DNA of 64,000 nucleotides from Patescibacteria group bacterium (GTDB lineage Bacteria > Patescibacteriota > Minisyncoccia > UBA6257 > GWB1-50-10). Within the stretch, counting starts at the first letter, position 1; each line of letters begins with the position of its first letter. The stretch lies in NCBI GenBank assembly GCA_024239035.1, contig JANBVK010000001.1, forward strand, positions 171,010 through 235,009, written 5' to 3'. The translations under genes and the position numbers were made by a program. The notes below the pieces were generated by a model. The model made no database searches and was not told the DNA's origin. It saw only the letters and a program-made list of their open reading frames with translations. Shown in pieces: positions 26,660 through 34,316 of this stretch.

Positions 26660-27937
26660 TTAAGCGTTTCTTAAGAATACCCTCAGTAAAGTTCTGGTAA
26701 TAGTAATGGCTGAAAACATACTCACCACCACACCAATAAAAAGCGCCAGCGCGAAACCCTGAACAAAACTAGAAGTAAAATAGTAAAGTACCGCCGAGGT
26801 AATCATGGTGCTTATGTTAGAATCGCGAATTGAAGTCCATGCTCGACGAAACCCTTCCTCAATTGCTGCTGCTTTTGATAAACCTTTCTTTAACTCTTCT
26901 TTAGTCCTCTCGAAAACTAAAATATTTGCATCCACTGCCATGCCAATTGAAAGGATCACGCCAGCTATTCCAGCAAGAGTTAAAGTAATCGGAATAATTT
27001 TAAAAACAGCCAGAGTAAGAGCGATGTACATCAAAAGGGCAACGGCAGCAAAGAGACCTAAACGCCGGTAATACAGAATCATAAAGAATATTACCACCAC
27101 CGTTCCTAAGAACCCCGCTGTAACGGCTCTCTCCAAAGAATCCTTACCAAAATCCGCACTAACCGTTTGCTGGTTTACAAGCTTAATCGGCGCCGGTAGA
27201 GCACCGGCATTAAAACGCTCAACGATCTGCCGAGCTTCTTCAATGGTAAAACGGCCGGTAATCTGAGCGCTGCCGCCGGAAATTTTCCCCTGCACAATAG
27301 GACAATCATCTTCAAAACTTCTAATCTCGTTATCTAAAAATATACATAAAGGGTTACCCACATTCCGAGCAGTTACCTCCTCAAAAATTTTCGCTCCTTC
27401 TTTATTAAACTCAAGGAATATCTGCGGCTGCCGCGTAATTTGGTCAAAGGTAAGTTGAGCCCCTTTGATGTAACGACCAGTGAGATCAGTAGGAACAAAC
27501 GTAACCGTAGCGGTATCTTCCTCTGTCTCGCTTGGTGTTTCCTCCACAACGACTTCTCGAAAATCCAGAAATGGCGTAGCGCCAATCTCTTCTATAGCCT
27601 GATTTACATCTTTAATACCTGCTAATTCCACAACTAGTCGGTTCCTACCCCGGACAGTTTCTGTGTACACTTTTGGTTCACTTACTCCGAAGAGGTTAAC
27701 ACGTTTTTCAATAACGTCACGCAGACCCTTCACAACCGATTCTCTGTCTAGCCCTGATATCTGGCCTAGATCAATCTCGTAAACTAAAAAACTACCGCCG
27801 ACCAAATCTAAACCTAACCGCCAAGGCCTAAAAGAGCTAAATTTACTCCAAAACGGCTGATAATCAAAAATACCGGCAATAAGAGACAGTCCAATTAAGA
27901 TTATTAAAATAAAAACTAATCGCTTCCGATTAGGCAT
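26660..27937 (-). CDS. secD: Protein translocase subunit SecD
   Basis: 425 aa with GLDLVGGSFLVYEID, a periplasmic domain and a C-terminal TM bundle. It sits immediately upstream of secF. Confidence 0.8.
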   Translation of the reverse strand: MPNRKRLVFILIILIGLSLIAGIFDYQPFWSKFSSFRPWRLGLDLVGGSFLVYEIDLGQISGLDRESVVKGLRDVIEKRVNLFGVSEPKVYTETVRGRNRLVVELAGIKDVNQAIEEIGATPFLDFREVVVEETPSETEEDTATVTFVPTDLTGRYIKGAQLTFDQITRQPQIFLEFNKEGAKIFEEVTARNVGNPLCIFLDNEIRSFEDDCPIVQGKISGGSAQITGRFTIEEARQIVERFNAGALPAPIKLVNQQTVSADFGKDSLERAVTAGFLGTVVVIFFMILYYRRLGLFAAVALLMYIALTLAVFKIIPITLTLAGIAGVILSIGMAVDANILVFERTKEELKKGLSKAAAIEEGFRRAWTSIRDSNISTMITSAVLYYFTSSFVQGFALALFIGVVVSMFSAITITRTLLRVFLRNA

Positions 27938-27949
27938 GATTAAGACAGT

Positions 27950-30634
27950 CTATTGTTTTCGCAAAAATTTGTAAAGTTCACCGAACCAAAAAACCGACGA
28001 GGTAAGGGCAATAATCATTAACCATTCACCTAAATTTAGAGGTTCAAAGCGAAAAGCTTTTTGCAAAAAAGGAATGTGAATAACCGCAACTTGAACCGCT
28101 ATCGCCGCAAGCAAAGCCAGATTAATAAACTTATTGGTGAAAAAGCCTATTTTGAACACGGAATTTCTAAGCGAGCGCATATTTAACACGTTAAAAAGCT
28201 GAAAAAATGCCATAACGGTGAAAGCGACTGTCCTCGCTTTCTCAAGCCCTTGGGGTAAATACAAAAAAAATATAACGATCGTCCCCACCACCATCAATCC
28301 CGCCATCAACAAAATATACGGTACTACTTCCTTAGATAAAATTTTCTCTTTCGCGCTACGTGGCTTCTCGCTAAGCTCGTGATGGTGTCCCCGCTCCATA
28401 GCTAAACCTATGGTTGGGATGCCGTCGGTTACCAAATTCAACCACAACAAATGAATCGGAAGTAGTGGCAATGGCAAAAATAAGAGTAGTGTACCAATAA
28501 CAGTAATGCCCTCGGCAATATTTGTAGTGATAAGATAAAAACTAGTCTGGCGAACATTAGTAAATACAATCCTGCCTTCTTCAATTGCGTCTACAATTGA
28601 AGCGAAATTATCATCAGCAAGCACTATCTCACTTGTCTCCCGCGCGACATCAGTACCAATTACGCCCATAGCAATGCCGATATCTGCCTTTTTAAGAGCT
28701 GGTGCATCATTTACGCCATCGCCGGTCATAGCCACCGTTTCCCCCTGCTTTTGAAGCGTCTCAACAATCTTCAGCTTCATCTTGGGGGATACGCGCGCAA
28801 AAATGGGAACGGTCCGAACAGCTTCCTCAAACCCTTCCTCCCCAAGCTTCAAAAGATTCGTAAGATCATCTTCGGTCAAAACAACTTTCTCCAGCTTTAC
28901 ATCAGGATCAACAAGTCCAATCTCACGTGCAATCGCAACGGCGGTTTTCTTATGATCACCGGTCTTCATAATAACCCGTAAACCGGCTTGTTTCGCTCGA
29001 GTGATTGCGTCTTTGACCTCCGGCCGCGGAGGATCAATCATACCAACAACACCAACAAAAGTAAGTTGTTTTACAAGGGTAGGCGAGATTTTCTCGGTAC
29101 GAGCCGGCACTTCTCTAAAGCCTAACGCAAGTACACGTAAGCCCTCTGCCGCCAAATTTTCAGCGCTATAGAGAATCTGCTGACGCTCGCGGTTAGTAAG
29201 GATTACTTTCTTACCACCCCGCAACGCGTGGCTGCTTAAGGTAAGTATGTTTTCAAAAGCACCGACAACGCAGATAGTTTTCCTTCTATGTTTTGTTAGT
29301 ACCGCTCTGTACTTCCTCTCCTGATCAAATGGAAGCTCATCAAGCACCTGCTCCTCCTCCAGAACAATATTTTTTCGGAGACCGGCTTTTTCCGCTAAAA
29401 CAGCAAGAGCTGCCTCAGTAGGATCGCCTATAATCTCAAAATGGTTATCCGTTTTAAACACCTTACTTTTGTTGCACACCGCCGCTATATGCAAAAGTCT
29501 TGAAAGGTCTCCATGTCTTAAAGGATGAATTGACTCATTATCTCTAAAAAAAGAGCCTGAAGGTTTCCAACCGCTGCCCGAGACAGTGATCTCATCTCCC
29601 CCGGCCATAATAATCTTCTCTACCATCATTGAATTCTGAGTAATCGTCCCTGTCTTATCGGTGGCGATCACCGTTGCAACACCTATTGTTTCCACCGCGG
29701 GTAGGTGTTTAATAATAGCTTTCTTCCTAGCCATGCGATAAGCTCCAATAGCAAGCACTATTGCCATTACCGCCGGCAATCCTTCAGGAATTACTGAAAC
29801 CAATAACGCAACAGAAAAAATAAAAATTTCAGACAGCTCCAACCCGCGAATAAAAAAACCTATAAAGAAAGTTATCGCTGCTCCGGCAACAGCAATAATC
29901 CCCATCTGAAACGCAAGTTCTTTTGTTTTTTTTTCAAAGTGGCTTTTCGGGCGTTTCACCTTAGTAATTGATTCGGCAACCTGCCCGATAGCAGTCCCCG
30001 CCCCCGTAGCGGTAACAACGGCTTTTGCTTCTCCGCCAACAACTACCGTTCCCATCCAAACCATGTTTTTTTGGTCCGCTAAGGACGTTGATTGTTCCAA
30101 TTCATTAGTGGTTTTATCAACCGGAAAAGACTCCCCTGTTAGTGATGCCTCGCTGGTACGGAGATTTTTAACGTCAATAAGTCTTGCGTCGGCCGATACT
30201 TTGTCGCCTTCTTCTAAAAAGAGAATATCACCAGGCACCACCTCGCTTGCAGGAATCCGTAACAGCTCTCCGCCGCGATATACCTTAGCAAAAAGAACTA
30301 GTATCTTCTTCAACTGTTCTATCGCATTCTCTGCTCTCAACTCCTCAAAAAAACCGATCAGGGCGTTGAAGAAAATAACGGCTAGAATAACGTAAACATC
30401 AACAATGTGATCTAAAAAGAAAGAAAGCAGAGCCGCGCCAAAAAGGATATAGATAAATGCGCTATTAAATTGTTTTAAAAAAATAAGGGCTGGGCGAATC
30501 TTCTCGGTGGGGGGTAACTCATTAAAACCTGATTCTAGGAGACGTTCACTCGCCTCTTTTTTTGAAAGACCGTCTGGATTCGAATCTAAACTTTTGAGTG
30601 TCTCTTCAACGGTTTCGGTATGAAAAATATTCAT
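27950..30634 (-). CDS. Cation-transporting P-type ATPase (type II, Ca2+-type)
   Basis: 894 aa with the phosphorylation site ATDKTGTITQN, VIPEGLPAV, TGDHKKTA and the hinge TGDGVNDAPALKKADIGIAMG. Confidence 0.85.
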   Translation of the reverse strand: MNIFHTETVEETLKSLDSNPDGLSKKEASERLLESGFNELPPTEKIRPALIFLKQFNSAFIYILFGAALLSFFLDHIVDVYVILAVIFFNALIGFFEELRAENAIEQLKKILVLFAKVYRGGELLRIPASEVVPGDILFLEEGDKVSADARLIDVKNLRTSEASLTGESFPVDKTTNELEQSTSLADQKNMVWMGTVVVGGEAKAVVTATGAGTAIGQVAESITKVKRPKSHFEKKTKELAFQMGIIAVAGAAITFFIGFFIRGLELSEIFIFSVALLVSVIPEGLPAVMAIVLAIGAYRMARKKAIIKHLPAVETIGVATVIATDKTGTITQNSMMVEKIIMAGGDEITVSGSGWKPSGSFFRDNESIHPLRHGDLSRLLHIAAVCNKSKVFKTDNHFEIIGDPTEAALAVLAEKAGLRKNIVLEEEQVLDELPFDQERKYRAVLTKHRRKTICVVGAFENILTLSSHALRGGKKVILTNRERQQILYSAENLAAEGLRVLALGFREVPARTEKISPTLVKQLTFVGVVGMIDPPRPEVKDAITRAKQAGLRVIMKTGDHKKTAVAIAREIGLVDPDVKLEKVVLTEDDLTNLLKLGEEGFEEAVRTVPIFARVSPKMKLKIVETLQKQGETVAMTGDGVNDAPALKKADIGIAMGVIGTDVARETSEIVLADDNFASIVDAIEEGRIVFTNVRQTSFYLITTNIAEGITVIGTLLLFLPLPLLPIHLLWLNLVTDGIPTIGLAMERGHHHELSEKPRSAKEKILSKEVVPYILLMAGLMVVGTIVIFFLYLPQGLEKARTVAFTVMAFFQLFNVLNMRSLRNSVFKIGFFTNKFINLALLAAIAVQVAVIHIPFLQKAFRFEPLNLGEWLMIIALTSSVFWFGELYKFLRKQ

Positions 30635-30646
30635 GATCGAAGAACG

Positions 30647-32284
30647 TTACGACCGACTAATGTGTTCCAAAGAGTAATTGGGGTCGGCATAGACCTTCTT
30701 TCCTGGATTAAATAAGTTCTCCGGATCAAAAATATTTTTCACCTCTTCAAAAAAGCCATAAACTCTGTTCCCATACATTTTCTTTAAATAAGGACTGCGA
30801 ATTATACCGTCATTGTGTTCAGCAGTGATTGAACCGCCATATTTAATAACTAAATCGTAAATTTTATCTGCAACTTCCGGGATTTTTTTACGCTCGGATT
30901 CTTTAGTAAGATCCATTAAGGGGATTATATGGAAATTGCCGCTTCCTGCGTGCCCCGCAAGCGTCGCCTTAATATTGTAGTCCTTAAGAATCTTTTGTAC
31001 TTTGGGTAATAATTCCGGAAGTTTTGAGGGTTGAACGATAATATCATCAACAAAAGGCGCGGTTCTTTTCCCTTTCACGTGCTGACGTAAAAGATTAAAA
31101 CTTTCTCTCCTTATTACCCAATATTTTTCTGCCTCTTTCTCCGTGTGTAAAATACGTCTGTGAACTTTAAATGGTTTAAGTTTGTCTTCAAGTTGCTGTA
31201 ATTTACGTTCCGCTTCTTCATTAGAATTCTCAGCAAACTGAACTAAAACTACTAGCTTTGCAAGACGAAACATACGCAGCTGTATCAGCGCGTCAGGAAG
31301 AAATTGCCAGGCAAAGGTAATGAGGTTCTGCGATTTCACCTTTTTAGCAATAGCCGGGAAAAAACGGATTGCTAATTTTAATGTATTATCATCAAACATC
31401 TCGAGACCCTCTGGCTCAAGCGGCAAAATTGTGTTAATAATCTCAGGAAGTGATTTCAAGTCTTTTAAAAAGAGTATCGCCATTTTCCTGTGCTCTTTAG
31501 TTTTAATAAGTTGGAATTTAACCTCAGTAATAATACCCAATGTTCCTTGGGAACCCACAAATAACTGTGTTAAATCAAAACATTTTCTATCCCACACGTT
31601 CCAAAGAGCATATCCTGCAGAGTTTTTTGAAACTTTTGGTTTAGCGTCTTGAATAACATCGTAATTATCCTCAAGTAAATTGTACATTTTGCGGTATATC
31701 TCGCCTTCAAAATCAGACTGTGCCATCTTCTTTTTCAATTCTTTCTTATTAAGACTATTTAATGCATACTCGTTGCCGTCAGATAGTACAACCTTCAGTT
31801 CTTTTACGTATTTTTCTGTTTTGCCGTACCGCAACGTTTTTTCCCCACCGGCATTATTTGCCACCATCCCGCCCACCGTGCAAATCTCTCGCGAGGCGGG
31901 ATAAGTTGGCAACAAAAGACCCTCTTTTAGTGTTTCTTTCTCAAAATCACGATAAAAAACACCGGGTTCAGTCACGACAGATGAATCTTTTATTCTCTCG
32001 ATGTGATTAAAGTGCCGAACAAAATCAACGACAATTGATTCACTAAGCGGTCCGCCACTCATATCAGTTCCACCTGAACGAGCGGTAAGCGAAAGATTAC
32101 TTGAGGTTTTTTTTCTCTTCTTGATAAAACGAACTAAATTTTTAACATCTTCAACGTCTTTAGGAAAAACTACCGCCGCCGGCCTTACCTCAAAAAGACT
32201 TGCGTCGCGGCTGTATTTTGTAAGAGTTTCGTTGTCATCGGCTACTTCTCCTCTTAAAACTTCTCTTAGTTCGTTTGTTATCAC
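30647..32284 (-). CDS. FAD-linked oxidase (GlcD/D-lactate dehydrogenase family)
   Basis: 545 aa with the FAD-binding PCMH-type N-domain (ARSGGTDMSGG, TVGGMVANNAGG) and a C-terminal HAGSGNFH. The apparent start is GTG. Confidence 0.75.
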   Translation of the reverse strand: MITNELREVLRGEVADDNETLTKYSRDASLFEVRPAAVVFPKDVEDVKNLVRFIKKRKKTSSNLSLTARSGGTDMSGGPLSESIVVDFVRHFNHIERIKDSSVVTEPGVFYRDFEKETLKEGLLLPTYPASREICTVGGMVANNAGGEKTLRYGKTEKYVKELKVVLSDGNEYALNSLNKKELKKKMAQSDFEGEIYRKMYNLLEDNYDVIQDAKPKVSKNSAGYALWNVWDRKCFDLTQLFVGSQGTLGIITEVKFQLIKTKEHRKMAILFLKDLKSLPEIINTILPLEPEGLEMFDDNTLKLAIRFFPAIAKKVKSQNLITFAWQFLPDALIQLRMFRLAKLVVLVQFAENSNEEAERKLQQLEDKLKPFKVHRRILHTEKEAEKYWVIRRESFNLLRQHVKGKRTAPFVDDIIVQPSKLPELLPKVQKILKDYNIKATLAGHAGSGNFHIIPLMDLTKESERKKIPEVADKIYDLVIKYGGSITAEHNDGIIRSPYLKKMYGNRVYGFFEEVKNIFDPENLFNPGKKVYADPNYSLEHISRS

Positions 32285-32290
32285 GATTCC

Positions 32291-32299
32291 ATTATACCA
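32291..32299 (-). promoter_or_regulatory. Extended -10 box TGgTATAAT placed 6 nt before the GTG start of the FAD oxidase; possible leaderless transcript
   Basis: The minus-sense sequence cgTGGTATAATggaatcGTG is read directly. No convincing -35 element is present. Confidence 0.4.
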
Positions 32300-32307
32300 C
32301 GTTATTT

Positions 32308-32404
32308 ATCCGCCTTCGGTCGCCGTAGCGACCTTCGGCGGATGAAATCCGCTTAAGAAGGTTGCGAAGGAGATCTTCTCGCCCGCCAGCGGGCTTCGGC
32401 GGGC
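32308..32404. other. Two GC-rich stem-loops downstream of uvrC; candidate transcription stop or insulator between uvrC and the oxidase promoter
   Basis: The first is atccgcc-ttc-ggtcgc-cgta-gcgacc-ttc-ggcggat at 32308..32342. The second is gcccgcc-agcgggcttc-ggcgggc at 32381..32404. Neither has a classic T-run, and both stand out in an AT-rich genome. Confidence 0.4.
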
Positions 32405-32431
32405 TCCACCTCTCTGTTTCGAAACATTACT

Positions 32432-33718
32432 TCAATTTCTTAAAAAATCACCGCTCCTTATCTTTTTATGATAAGTGTGCGCAAAACGATGAGCTTCATC
32501 ACGAATCCTAATTAAAGTATTAGTCCCCACACGCCGCGGAACAACCCCCACAAAAACATTCCTCTTTCTTTTAGGGCCTTTTGCAATACCCACCACCGGG
32601 ATTCTCAACCCAAACTCCGACAAAACATTCCTCACGGCATTAACCTGTGGTTTACCCCCATCAACTAAAATGATATCAGGTAGGGGCCAGGGGTTATTAA
32701 AACGACGACTTAGTACCTCTCTGAGCATCCCAACATCGTCTGGTTGGGTGATAGTTCTAATTTTAAATTTCCGGTACTCGCCTTTAGCCGGTTCACTATC
32801 AATAAAAACAACCATTGCTCCTACCGCCGACTGCCCTGAAATATTGGAGACATCGTACCCCTCGACCCGTACCGCAACTTGCGACCTGCGATCTGCAATC
32901 TGTGATTTACTAACTAACGAGACATCCTGAATGTGCTGTAGGGCAAAAATCTGACGACGCAGTGTCCGAGCTCTTTCAAATTCAAGGATCTCACTAGCCA
33001 GGCTCATTTCCTTCTCTAAATTCCTTAAAATCCTTTTCTTTTTTCCTTCAAAAAGAAGTTTGATATTCCTAATATTTTTCAGGTAATCCGATCGAGTCAC
33101 GCTATCAATGCAGGTCCCAGGACAAAGACCGATTTCAAAGTCGAAGCAAGCCCTTCGATGTGACTCAGGGTAAAGTCTCTTTTTTCTCGGGGGACCTGCC
33201 CTGAGCTGCGTCGAAGGGTGGATACTGTAAGGAAATATCCGGCGGATAATCTTAAGCGCCTCCCGAATGCCGGAGGCAGACGTAAACGGCCCGAACACTT
33301 CGACTCGCTTACGCTCGCCGAGCGCAAGACGTTGACCCCGCACAAGAAGCACGCGGGGAAATTTATCTTTCGTAATCTCAACATAGAGAAAGCTCTTATC
33401 ATCTTTTTCTTTAATGTTGTAAGGCGGCTGTTGTTTCTTAATGAGATCTGCTTCTAAGATTAATGCTTCAAGAGCGGTGTCCGTTTTTTTATAATTTATG
33501 CTTTTAGTTTCGTGAACTAATTTTTCAGTTCTTGAACCGTGGGTCCGCCGGCCAGCGGAGAGAAAATAACTAGAAACTCTACGCTTCAGGTTTGCAGCTT
33601 TCCCAATATAAAGAGTCTGTCCCCGACTGCCTTTCATTAAATAAACTCCCGGTGTCCCCGGCAGATTCTTATAAAGATTTCTAATTTTGACCATACGCTT
33701 ACAACACGACAATATCAT
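32432..33718 (-). CDS. uvrC: Excinuclease ABC subunit C, short form
   Basis: 428 aa with a GIY-YIG N-domain (GVYLMKGSRGQTLYIGKAANLKRRVSSYF), the Cys motif CFDFEIGLCPGTC and the UvrC endonuclease domain. It appears to lack the C-terminal HhH region. Confidence 0.8.
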   Translation of the reverse strand: MILSCCKRMVKIRNLYKNLPGTPGVYLMKGSRGQTLYIGKAANLKRRVSSYFLSAGRRTHGSRTEKLVHETKSINYKKTDTALEALILEADLIKKQQPPYNIKEKDDKSFLYVEITKDKFPRVLLVRGQRLALGERKRVEVFGPFTSASGIREALKIIRRIFPYSIHPSTQLRAGPPRKKRLYPESHRRACFDFEIGLCPGTCIDSVTRSDYLKNIRNIKLLFEGKKKRILRNLEKEMSLASEILEFERARTLRRQIFALQHIQDVSLVSKSQIADRRSQVAVRVEGYDVSNISGQSAVGAMVVFIDSEPAKGEYRKFKIRTITQPDDVGMLREVLSRRFNNPWPLPDIILVDGGKPQVNAVRNVLSEFGLRIPVVGIAKGPKRKRNVFVGVVPRRVGTNTLIRIRDEAHRFAHTYHKKIRSGDFLRN

Positions 33719-33773
33719 TTTTATAGTACGATAGTATCACCTCAAAGGAAAAATAAAAAATATTCAAGTGGTA

Positions 33774-33815
33774 TAAAAAAGCAAAAGCCCCCGTTCTACA
33801 TAAAGGGGCTTTTGC
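33774..33815 (-). terminator. Rho-independent terminator: an 11-bp perfect stem (gcaaaagcccc / ggggcttttgc) followed by TTTTTT on the minus sense
   Basis: Read from the sequence. It lies directly downstream of the small ORF 33845..34030. Confidence 0.6.
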
Positions 33816-33844
33816 TCCTGTAAATAAGACAGGTAATAACTATA

Positions 33845-34030
33845 CTAATTGCCTTCACCAGAACCGGGCTGCGCTGGTTGGTCTCCGCCTGGCTGCCCTT
33901 CACCTTCTGACGGCTGCGGTGCTGTTGGCTCAGCCGGAGTTGGTGTCTGACCTGGCTCTCCAGCTGGCGTGCCACCTGGAGCATTCGGATCTTGATTAAT
34001 AACGTCCATAAAACTTTTCACTCTCTGCAC
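33845..34030 (-). CDS. Small Pro/Gly/Glu-rich, low-complexity protein (61 aa)
   Basis: The ORF MQRVKSFMDVINQDPNAPGGTPAGEPGQTPTPAEPTAPQPSEGEGQPGGDQPAQPGSGEGN has its own downstream terminator and a long upstream intergenic region. The segment is locally GC-rich. Confidence 0.5.
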   Translation of the reverse strand: MQRVKSFMDVINQDPNAPGGTPAGEPGQTPTPAEPTAPQPSEGEGQPGGDQPAQPGSGEGN

Positions 34031-34316
34031 AGCAGTCGTGCAAAAAGCAATGTTAATCTTCTAATCTTTTCGACCTTTCATACCTGTTAAAAAGGTTTCT
34101 TAATTGTATATTAAAGATAATTATTATGTCAATCCCCCACACAAGCGCTTATATGGAGATTAACCACGTTTAATCAACTAACTCTGCCCCAAATGTAGTT
34201 CATAAACCTTTTCTGCAGTATAATTGGAGCCGGAGCAAGAGTTATATCCCCCTAACACCCATTTTCTAAAGTTTTTTGTTTCCGGAGACTTCTGCTGATG
34301 AGGAAAGCAGAAAACT

